Below, in pieces: positions 54,825 through 62,500 of a DNA stretch of 64,000 nucleotides. Position 1 is the first letter of the stretch. Every line of letters begins with the position of its first letter. The notes beneath the pieces are model-generated. The model ran no database searches, was not told the DNA's origin, and saw only the letters and a program-made list of their open reading frames with translations. The position numbers and the translations under genes were made by a program. Location of the stretch: positions 25,095 to 89,094 of the forward strand of contig JBAXJQ010000002.1 of assembly GCA_037137775.1 (NCBI GenBank), in the 5' to 3' direction. The stretch comes from Candidatus Falkowbacteria bacterium (lineage in GTDB: Bacteria; Patescibacteriota; Patescibacteriia; Patescibacteriales; GWE2-39-37).

Positions 54825-55922
54825 ATGGAAAATTTATTAAAACAATTAGAGATATTGCGTGAGCGACTTTTGGAGTTATGGCGGCTTTTAGATATTGACC
54901 GTCAAATAACTCGGGCAGTTGAATTGCGTCATCAACTGGCAGAGCCCGATGTTTGGCAAGATCGTGATAAAGCAGTACGACTTGGCCAGGAAGCAGACGG
55001 TCTTGAACGGGAAACCACCAAGTGGGTTGACTTAAAACAGCGTATTACAGATCTAGAAGCGTTGGTGGCGGTGGCTGAGCGGGAAGATGACCATAGCATG
55101 GACGAGGAAAATGAAGCTCAGTTTCAGGGATTAAAAACGGAATTGGCAGCGTTTGAGTTTTTAGTCTTATTTAGCGGACCATACGATCGCAATAATGTTA
55201 TTATCTCGGTGCATGCCGGAACTGGCGGGGTTGATGCTCAGGATTGGGCCGAGATGCTTGAACGGATGTATTTGCGTTTTGCTGAAAAAATGGGCTGGCA
55301 GGCAGAGATTGTTGATTTTTCTCCAGGCAATGAGGCAGGCATTAAGAGCGTGACGATAAACCTAACTGGCGCCTGGGCGTATGGCTATTTGCGAGGCGAC
55401 TCGGGGGTGCATCGTTTGGTGCGCATCTCGCCTTTTGATTCCGAGGGATTGCGTCACACCTCTTTTGCCTTGGTTGAGGTGTTGCCGGAAATTGCTTTAG
55501 ATGAAGTGGTTGATATTAAAGACGAAGACTTAGAAGTTGATACCTATCGTGCCTCTGGCCCGGGTGGCCAGAATGTGAACAAGACTGAGAGCGCTATTCG
55601 CATTAAACACAAACCAAGTGGGATTGTAGTTACGTGTCAGACTCAGCGGTCACAGCACCAAAATCGCGAAACGGCCATGAAAATTTTAGCTGCCAAGTTG
55701 CTTGCCTTAAAATTAGAAGCGCAAGAAAAAGAACAGACTAAGTTGAAGGGCGAAACCCAGAAGGCGGAATGGGGCAAGCAGATTCGTTCCTATGTTTTAC
55801 AACCGTATCAGATGGTTAAGGATCATCGGACTGGGCATCAAGTTACCGATATTCGGGCCGTGCTAGATGGTGGCATATCCGGTTTTGCCGAAGCGTATTT
55901 ACGCGCCAATCGACCGAGCTAA
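54825..55922 (+). CDS. prfB: peptide chain release factor 2 (single uninterrupted ORF)
   Basis: SPF tripeptide (RISPFDS) and the GGQ motif (SGPGGQNVNKTES). Confidence 0.92.
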   Translation: MENLLKQLEILRERLLELWRLLDIDRQITRAVELRHQLAEPDVWQDRDKAVRLGQEADGLERETTKWVDLKQRITDLEALVAVAEREDDHSMDEENEAQFQGLKTELAAFEFLVLFSGPYDRNNVIISVHAGTGGVDAQDWAEMLERMYLRFAEKMGWQAEIVDFSPGNEAGIKSVTINLTGAWAYGYLRGDSGVHRLVRISPFDSEGLRHTSFALVEVLPEIALDEVVDIKDEDLEVDTYRASGPGGQNVNKTESAIRIKHKPSGIVVTCQTQRSQHQNRETAMKILAAKLLALKLEAQEKEQTKLKGETQKAEWGKQIRSYVLQPYQMVKDHRTGHQVTDIRAVLDGGISGFAEAYLRANRPS

Positions 55923-55923
55923 T

Positions 55924-57450
55924 ATGTTGTTGCGACGACCACGGGTACCAAGTCAATGGGTGCGCTGGTTTTGTGTGATATGGATTGGTGCGCTGGCGTT
56001 TTTAAATTGGGTGCCATTGTATTCAAGTAAACCAGTGCGATATTGGTTTATGATTGCTCTCCTACTGGTTGTCGTCGCTGTAGTGTTGGATTGGTTTAAA
56101 ATGGAATTTATGATAATTGCGGTGCTGATGACAGCAGCGCTTTTTTGTTTGGCTGCCTGGCGGCTAGACTTAACCCAGCAGAATAATCAGTGGTGGCAAA
56201 AACTAGATGGTAAAAAAATAACCTTCGAGGGCCAAATTGCAAGCGAGCCAATGATTAACATTAATGATCAGCGAATAATTATTGCGCCACAAAAAATTAT
56301 ATCCCCAGAAAATATTACTATTGGAAGCGAAAAAATATTAGTGGTTGCGCCATTAGAGCCTCGATATTTTACCGGCGAATTAATCAAAATGTTTTGTGCC
56401 TTACGTTTACCAGCAAAAGTAGTAAACAAAAACTATGCACGGTATTTAGCCAAAGACGAAATTTATGCGATCTGTTATCAACCGACCATTAATCGATTAT
56501 CCTTTAAACAGGATACCGTTGAATGGCTAACGGTTTTAAAGCAAAAAGGTCGGCAAGCGATTGTGCGTAGTCTGCCAGAACCACAAGCTGGTTTGTTGTT
56601 GGGCATCACGTTGGGCGATCAAAAAGCATTAACACCTGAGTTAAAAACAGCGTTAAGCAGGGCCGGGTTAACCCATATCGTGGCAATTTCCGGTATGAAT
56701 TTTACTTTACTAGCAGCGGCAGTATTGTGGGCATTGCTTGGTTTAGGATTGTGGCGACGACAAACTTACCTCATAACCATAGCACTGTTATGGCTGTATC
56801 TCGTCTTTATTGGTTGGCCAGCTTCAGCGTGGCGAGCAGCCGTGATGAGCAGTCTGGTGTTGATTGGGTTGTGGTTTGGCCGTCCAGCGCGCATTAGTCA
56901 AGCGATTATTATTGCAGCCGCCATTATGCTTGCCTGTAATCCGAAGTTAATTCGTGCTGACATGGGTTTTGTTTTGTCGTTTTTAGCACTCATAAGTATT
57001 ATTGTAATTTACCCTAGAATTAAACCGTGGTTTACCTGGTCACGGGTACGTTGGCTGGGTGAAGGTGTGGCCGTTACTCTGGCCGCACAAGTCTTAACTT
57101 GGCCCGTGATGGCTTTGGCTTTTGGCCAGATTTCCGTGGTAGCGCCATTAGCCAATGCGATGGTGTTGTGGGCGGTGCCAGCGATTACGATTGGTGGCTT
57201 GATTGGTGTGGTATTAGGTTGGTTTTGGTTGCCGCTTGCTCAACTGGTATTTTTGCCAGTCGGTTGGCTATCACAATATTTAATTACTGTGGGTTTGTGG
57301 TTTGGTCGGCAACCATGGTCAGCCGTTGATTCGAGTAATTGGTCGATAGTTATATACGGCGTATACTATATTGGAATAGCATCTTGGGTGTGGCAGAGTA
57401 AAACAGATAATATATTAAGGATATTTGATGATGAAGTGGAAAAAATATGA
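55924..57450 (+). CDS. comEC: DNA internalisation competence protein ComEC/Rec2 (N-terminal and channel domains)
   Basis: GLTHIVAISGMNFTLL motif and a polytopic membrane core. I place the start at MLLRRP (55924), just after the prfB stop. Confidence 0.8.
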   Translation: MLLRRPRVPSQWVRWFCVIWIGALAFLNWVPLYSSKPVRYWFMIALLLVVVAVVLDWFKMEFMIIAVLMTAALFCLAAWRLDLTQQNNQWWQKLDGKKITFEGQIASEPMININDQRIIIAPQKIISPENITIGSEKILVVAPLEPRYFTGELIKMFCALRLPAKVVNKNYARYLAKDEIYAICYQPTINRLSFKQDTVEWLTVLKQKGRQAIVRSLPEPQAGLLLGITLGDQKALTPELKTALSRAGLTHIVAISGMNFTLLAAAVLWALLGLGLWRRQTYLITIALLWLYLVFIGWPASAWRAAVMSSLVLIGLWFGRPARISQAIIIAAAIMLACNPKLIRADMGFVLSFLALISIIVIYPRIKPWFTWSRVRWLGEGVAVTLAAQVLTWPVMALAFGQISVVAPLANAMVLWAVPAITIGGLIGVVLGWFWLPLAQLVFLPVGWLSQYLITVGLWFGRQPWSAVDSSNWSIVIYGVYYIGIASWVWQSKTDNILRIFDDEVEKI

Positions 57451-58367
57451 AAAATATTTTTAGCAGTTTTAACCTTATAGCATGGCGGGCAAGTGTTATT
57501 ACCCTCTGGCAGGCTAAGCGGTGGCGCTTTGGGTTTTTTGGCTTTATTTTTACATTGGTATTATTTTGCGTTAGTGTTTTTACGTTTTGTTTACGTGTTG
57601 CACCAATTGCAAAATTGGAAATTGATTTTTTATCGGTCGGACAGGGTGATGGCACCGTGATTAAAACAGTAAACCATCAAGTGATTTTAATCGATGGCGG
57701 GCCAAATGGTTCAGTGATCGAGCAGTTGAACCAGGTTTTACCCTATGGCCGCCGCCGCTTGGATTTAGTGGTGCTCACCCACCCACATGCGGATCATCTA
57801 TTCGGTTTAGTTGAAGTGGCTCGACGGTATCAAATCGAGCGGGTAATTTATAGTGGATTGCTTGATGCCGATGGCGTAACCAAGAGCTGGCTCGAGTCAA
57901 TTAAATCGAGTGGCGGGGAAGTGCGGCGCGTGGATAAAAAAATTGCCATTAATTTGGGTCAAGATACGGTGTTAGATGTTTATAATCCGTTGGCGTATGC
58001 GTCTTCGACTAAAGACTTAAATGACAAGTCGCTCGTATCTGTTTTACGCTTCAAGCATGCTCAAGCGATCTTGTGGGGTGATGCTGGCAGTGGGGTAGAG
58101 CAGGCAATTTTGCCTTATATAAATTTAGATGAATCAATTATCATTAAAGTGAGTCATCATGGCTCGGAAAGTGGTACTAATCTCTCGGTTTTACAAAAAA
58201 TTAAACCAGTTTTTGCGGTAATTGAAGTTGGTGTTAAAAACCGATATGGCCACCCCAGTTTGCGCACTATAAAAAAACTTGAGCGGGTTAGCTCAACTGT
58301 TTTACGTACTGATCTGCTTGGTAGCATTACATTAATAAGTGACGGTAATATATGGCAAAAAGAATAA
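57447..58367 (+). CDS. metallo-beta-lactamase-fold protein corresponding to the ComEC C-terminal nuclease domain, encoded separately
   Basis: Own N-terminal TM, then FLSVGQGDG, VLTHPHADHLFG and VSHHGS. ATGA overlap with comEC. Confidence 0.8.
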   Translation: MKNIFSSFNLIAWRASVITLWQAKRWRFGFFGFIFTLVLFCVSVFTFCLRVAPIAKLEIDFLSVGQGDGTVIKTVNHQVILIDGGPNGSVIEQLNQVLPYGRRRLDLVVLTHPHADHLFGLVEVARRYQIERVIYSGLLDADGVTKSWLESIKSSGGEVRRVDKKIAINLGQDTVLDVYNPLAYASSTKDLNDKSLVSVLRFKHAQAILWGDAGSGVEQAILPYINLDESIIIKVSHHGSESGTNLSVLQKIKPVFAVIEVGVKNRYGHPSLRTIKKLERVSSTVLRTDLLGSITLISDGNIWQKE

Positions 58368-58427
58368 AAATTATTTTAACATAACCATAACTTATGTTAT
58401 AATTACTTTGTGTTTTTAAAAATTTGT

Positions 58428-60191
58428 ATGAAAATTGATTTAAGCCAACATTGCAAAATTTCATTGTTTAGTACATTTTTTGTTTTTGTTTTTCTACTCC
58501 TCGCTCACCGCGGCGAAGCCGCGGTGTTCTCCCATAACCTCAGTCAAGGCAGTCGTGACACCGAGGTTAAAGCCCTACAACAGTATTTAAATACCCATGG
58601 CTATCCGGTAGCACGTACTGGTGCTGGCTCTCAGGGCAAGGAAACCATGGTATTCGGTCCGGCCACCAAACAAGCCCTCATTCATTTTCAGAAGGATAAT
58701 CACATTACCCCAGCCAATGGCTATTTTGGCCCTGCTACCCGCAAGGTTATGGCTACGGTGCGGAGTGCCGCAGGCACTACGCCAATCCCCAAGACTCCCC
58801 CAGCTACTCCATTATCTACACCCAAACCAGCAAACCCCCCAGTCATTCCAGAAGCACCTCTCCCCAGTACACCAGAGATCACCCTGGCAACCTACACCAT
58901 CGGGGGTACCATCATGGGGCTCACTGGTCAGGTAACGCTCACAAACAATGCCACTGACCAACTCAGCCTCACCCCTGCTAGCGCCAGTCTGTTTACCTTT
59001 CCCACCGCACTGCCTACCGGGGCACGCTATAATGTGACCGCTACCCCCAGGGGTATTAACGAGCATTGTTTTCTCATTAATAACTCCGGCATGGTAGCGA
59101 GTACCAACATCACCACCATTCAGATTGCCTGTGGTACCACACTCACCGACACTACTCCAGCCAATCCCTTTACCAATCCCATCATCCCCAGTAGTGCTCC
59201 CACTACCCATGAGCTCAGCTACACGACGGATGGTCATGGTACGATCACTGGCTCCTCTACGCAGAGTATTACCTTCTCTGCGAACGGAACTGAGATAACC
59301 GCTACCCCAAATACCGGCTATCACTTTACCACCTGGAATGATGGGCTCACCAACCCCAGGAGAACCGATACTAATATCAGGAGTGCCCAGACTTATACGG
59401 CTAACTTTGCTATCAATATCTACACCTTAACCTACACGGCCGGTGCGAACGGCACCCTCAGTGGTACTACCACTCAGACGGTGACGCATGGCAGTGCTGG
59501 TACCGAGGTATTAGCCATCCCAGATGCTAATTATCATTTTGTGAGTTGGAGTGATGGGGTATTAACTGCTTCCAGGACGGATAGTAGTGTTACTTCGTCG
59601 TTAGCAGTTACGGCCAGTTTTGCTGATTGTGGGGAAATAGTAACTGATGCACGAGATGGTAATACGTATCCAACCGTTAAAATTGGTAGCCAGTGCTGGA
59701 TGGCCAAAAATGCGGCCTATCTACCCAGTGTAGTACCTGCTGCTACCGGTGGTGCCTCACCGTACTATTATGTTTATGGCTATCAGGGTTCTAGTACGGT
59801 TGTGGCTAAAGCTCAAGTCAACTATACAAAATACGGTGTGCATTATAATTATCCAGCTGCACTTACCGCCTGTCCTGCTGGTTGGCACCTGGCTACTGAT
59901 GCTGAATATACGGTTCTTACCACCTATTTAGATCCTTCGGTGGCTGGCACTAAAGTTAAATCCACCTCTACTTGGGTAGGTGGCACTAATACTTCTGGTT
60001 TTTCTGGTGAACCTGCTGGCTCTCGTGAACCTGCCGGCTGGTTTGGTTTTAGCGGTACAGACGGCTTTTTCTGGACGGCTACTCCAAGTGGCGGGAATGC
60101 CTGGATTCGTAATTTGTATTCAGGTTCAGATTTTTGGCGGGGTGCAGCTAATCAGTTGTACGGATTTTCTGCCCGTTGCCTTAAGGATTAA
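58428..60191 (+). CDS. secreted protein: peptidoglycan-binding domain + Listeria/Bacteroides-type (InlB B-repeat-like) repeats + Fibrobacter succinogenes major paralogous (FISUMP) C-terminal domain
   Basis: PG-binding segment VKALQQYLNTHGY...FGPATKQALIHFQ. Repeats YTLTYTAGANGTLSG...ANYHFVSWSDG. C-terminal segment DARDGNTYPTVKIGSQCWMAKN...GWHLATDAEY...GFSARCLKD. Confidence 0.7.
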   Translation: MKIDLSQHCKISLFSTFFVFVFLLLAHRGEAAVFSHNLSQGSRDTEVKALQQYLNTHGYPVARTGAGSQGKETMVFGPATKQALIHFQKDNHITPANGYFGPATRKVMATVRSAAGTTPIPKTPPATPLSTPKPANPPVIPEAPLPSTPEITLATYTIGGTIMGLTGQVTLTNNATDQLSLTPASASLFTFPTALPTGARYNVTATPRGINEHCFLINNSGMVASTNITTIQIACGTTLTDTTPANPFTNPIIPSSAPTTHELSYTTDGHGTITGSSTQSITFSANGTEITATPNTGYHFTTWNDGLTNPRRTDTNIRSAQTYTANFAINIYTLTYTAGANGTLSGTTTQTVTHGSAGTEVLAIPDANYHFVSWSDGVLTASRTDSSVTSSLAVTASFADCGEIVTDARDGNTYPTVKIGSQCWMAKNAAYLPSVVPAATGGASPYYYVYGYQGSSTVVAKAQVNYTKYGVHYNYPAALTACPAGWHLATDAEYTVLTTYLDPSVAGTKVKSTSTWVGGTNTSGFSGEPAGSREPAGWFGFSGTDGFFWTATPSGGNAWIRNLYSGSDFWRGAANQLYGFSARCLKD

Positions 60192-60259
60192 TATAATAAT
60201 AGGCCATTACTCCGAGTTAATATTAGGATTGGTCTAATTTTAAAGTGTAAAAATTAGTC

Positions 60260-60288
60260 TAGACAAAAGCCATAAAATAGCTTACAAT
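60260..60288 (+). promoter_or_regulatory. candidate promoter for the response-regulator gene
   Basis: TAGACA, a 17-nt spacer, then TACAAT. Confidence 0.4.
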
Positions 60289-60315
60289 AGCAATGAATTA
60301 TGATTAATTTTTTGT

Positions 60316-60687
60316 ATGGATAAGAAAAAAATCTTGGTAGTAGAGGATGACCCGGTTTTGGGGGTTATGTATAAAACAAAGCTAGAAGCCGAAGGGTATG
60401 AAATTGTTTTAGCAGTTAATGGTGCTGATGGCTTGACCATGGCGCAACAAAATTCATTTGATATTGTATTGCTAGACGTAATTTTGCCCCAGTTGGATGG
60501 TTTTTCGGTCTTGGCTGAATTAAAAACTAATGAGGTTACCAAAAATGTTCCAGTCATTATGTTAACCAATCTTTCAACCACCGAGGACAAGGAAAAGGGC
60601 TTGGCCATGGGTGCTGCTGATTATTTGGTCAAAGCCGAATACACGCCGGAACAGTTAAGCGAGGCGATAAATAAGTATATTAAATAA
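60316..60687 (+). CDS. stand-alone response-regulator receiver domain (CheY-like)
   Basis: VVEDD, phospho-acceptor context VLLDVILPQLDG, then MLTNLS and the conserved Lys in ADYLVKAE. Confidence 0.85.
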   Translation: MDKKKILVVEDDPVLGVMYKTKLEAEGYEIVLAVNGADGLTMAQQNSFDIVLLDVILPQLDGFSVLAELKTNEVTKNVPVIMLTNLSTTEDKEKGLAMGAADYLVKAEYTPEQLSEAINKYIK

Positions 60688-60734
60688 TTTATTAATGTAG
60701 CGGTCGAGCAATCGAGCGCTTTTATATTACCCCT

Positions 60735-61337
60735 ATGGCTATTATTAAAAAAGAACGGACGTTAATAATCCTTAAGCCGGATACCATCCAACGTTCCATG
60801 ATCGGAGAGATTATCGGCCGCATCGAACGGACTGGTTTGAAATTTACTGCTTTGAAATTTGTCGTGCCTCAGGAAGAGCAATGCTGGACCCATTATAACA
60901 AAGACGAAGCGTGGTTTAACGAAAAAGGTGCCCGTGTGATAAAAGAGCGTGAGGCCCAAGGAATGTCGGTTGATAAACCAGCCTTGGAATATGGTAAAGA
61001 TATTTTGCGAGGCAATGTTTTGTTTTTTACCTCCGGTCCTGTTTTGGTGGCTGTAGTAGAGGGCAATCAAGCAGTTGGCATTGTTAAAAAATTAGTAGGA
61101 GCTACCGAGCCATTAACATCTGACGTGGGTACTATCCGCGGTGATTTAACCATTGATTCTTATGCCTTGGCTGGTATCGATGGTCGGGCAGTACGTAATC
61201 TTATCCACTGTTCTGATAAACCAGAAGAAGCCGAGCGGGAGATTCAGATTTGGCTAAAACCAGAGGAAATAATCAACTATCGCTTGGTAGCCGAACAAAT
61301 TCTATACGATGTTAATTTAGATGGTATTTTAGAATAA
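60735..61337 (+). CDS. ndk: nucleoside diphosphate kinase (long form with an internal insertion)
   Basis: ERTLIILKPD...RGD...NLIHCSD active-site His context. Confidence 0.88.
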   Translation: MAIIKKERTLIILKPDTIQRSMIGEIIGRIERTGLKFTALKFVVPQEEQCWTHYNKDEAWFNEKGARVIKEREAQGMSVDKPALEYGKDILRGNVLFFTSGPVLVAVVEGNQAVGIVKKLVGATEPLTSDVGTIRGDLTIDSYALAGIDGRAVRNLIHCSDKPEEAEREIQIWLKPEEIINYRLVAEQILYDVNLDGILE

Positions 61338-61364
61338 AGCTAATTTTAGCTAAAATATGTAATA

Positions 61365-61393
61365 TTGACAACTCTCTGGTTGTTCGGTATATT
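61365..61393 (+). promoter_or_regulatory. candidate promoter giving a leaderless or near-leaderless transcript of the mini-ORF
   Basis: TTGACA (61365-70), a 17-nt spacer, then TATATT (61388-93). The ATG is at 61403. Confidence 0.45.
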
Positions 61394-61402
61394 ATATATA
61401 AT

Positions 61403-61480
61403 ATGAAAAAGTTTAACAGCACCATTATTACCCTCAGTGTCGTCCTCCTCTTTGGTAAGGACAACTTGGTGCTGGGTTAA
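61403..61480 (+). CDS. 25-codon mini-ORF rich in Ile/Leu/Val; candidate attenuation leader peptide
   Basis: MKKFNSTIITLSVVLLFGKDNLVLG, in which 10 of 25 residues are I, L or V. Its 3' end can pair with the 5' arm of the downstream terminator. Confidence 0.4.
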   Translation: MKKFNSTIITLSVVLLFGKDNLVLG

Positions 61481-61504
61481 ATAAATAATCACAAGATTAT
61501 ATAG

Positions 61505-61532
61505 AAAAAACCTAGCACACGCTAGGTTTTTT
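61505..61532 (+). terminator. rho-independent terminator (attenuator candidate)
   Basis: AACCTAGC-ACAC-GCTAGGTT followed by TTTT, with an A-run on the 5' side. Confidence 0.75.
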
Positions 61533-61559
61533 CATTAGCAGTTCATTCGACAAAAATTA

Positions 61560-62345
61560 TTGGTTATTTTGACCTTTGCATAAAAAGTGCAGGCGAACAA
61601 CGCCACTTGGTCTAGCACAAACCCACCGGTTAGTGCGACAATTTAAGAACTTTTTATGCAAAGGTCGCCCATCGAGGCCTTGCCTCACTACCAGATATGG
61701 AGGATTTACCCATGAGCAATATCGCAGGCGAAAGCGACGTCAGTTGCAAAGGTCCACATCGTTGTGCAAGGAAGTGTCAAAATCTGGCAAAATGTGAATG
61801 TTTGAGACGACCTGGCTCGTCTCATCGGCAATCAGGAAATCCTGGTTTACGAACAAGGAGACAAAATCCCCGTTTAGGGGAGCAGTCAATCATGGGTGCT
61901 TACGACTTATAACCAATAATGAACATCAGTAAAATGAGTGGGGCATTACTTCCCCATGAAGCCTTACTGTCCCTCCGTCGAGACTAAGTCTCTGAATGAT
62001 AAAAGCACTCAACAGGGCCTTAACTGTTGAATAAGTTGTTCGCTTTTATCAAAGGACGCCTGTAAATGGGACAGACTGTCTTAAGCCTATGTCGACTTAA
62101 CACGGTGCAGGTGAAAAAAACTCAAAGGCAATGCTGATGATCATATCGGGGGAGGGGAATAAGCTTCGGCTTAAACTCCTCCCCCACCTAGAATATTCTA
62201 AAACGATTCACATATGTCTGCTGTTTTATATCAACTAAACCCACTCTCGCTCGAGCTTTTGTCTCGAGCTGGCTTTGTGTTATGCCCTTGATTTTTGATT
62301 AAATCGATGGTAAAACAGAAAGCCACCAATTTGGTGATTTTTTTG
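61560..62345 (+). ncRNA. candidate large structured RNA or unannotated element (identity unknown)
   Basis: About 0.8 kb with only short Arg/Cys-rich ORFs. Many hairpins with GAAA (61728-35) and UUCG (62148-62185) capped stems, and an 8-bp long-range pairing of 61708-15 with 61890-97. It ends at a weak hairpin plus T7 (62322-62344). Confidence 0.3.
61571..61666. repeat. 18-bp perfect inverted repeat separated by 60 nt
   Basis: GACCTTTGCATAAAAAGT (61571-88) and ACTTTTTATGCAAAGGTC (61649-66). Confidence 0.9.
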
Positions 62346-62500
62346 TATAAAAATGCTCTTTACATTATAAACATTGTTTGTAAAAAACAAACAAAGAAAG
62401 GAAAAAAAATGATTATTTTGGGTTTATCACCCAATCGTTCGGGGCGAAGTTGACGTTTACGGCTAAGGCCACAACATGCGCATACGCGCAGGAGGTTCAC

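Noticed and set aside
54825-55922. Looked for the programmed +1 frameshift (CTT TGA C) typical of prfB.
   Set aside because: RF2 is encoded as one uninterrupted ORF from ATG 54825 with no internal in-frame TGA. A sizeable minority of bacteria lack the frameshift, so this is not remarkable.
61576-61797. 73-codon ORF (MHKKCRRTTPLGLAQTHRLVRQFKN...).
   Set aside because: It starts inside the 18-bp inverted repeat, uses a non-ATG start, and has an extremely Arg-rich composition typical of translating GC-rich helices. No SD is present.
61560-62200. Tested whether the structured region is tmRNA, RNase P RNA, SRP/6S RNA, a T-box leader or an ORF-less group II intron.
   Set aside because: tmRNA: the CCTCCCCCACC string simply closes a local hairpin with GGGGGAGG 22 nt upstream, and there is no tag ORF ending in ..LAA and no T-loop GGTTCGAATCC. 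RNase P: GAGGAAAGTCC and ACAGAANCCGGCTTA are absent. Group II: GTGCGAC occurs at 61633, but no 34-nt domain V with an AGC triad, a 2-nt bulge and a GNRA loop lies near the 3' end. T-box: no T-box 14-mer or specifier architecture was recognised.
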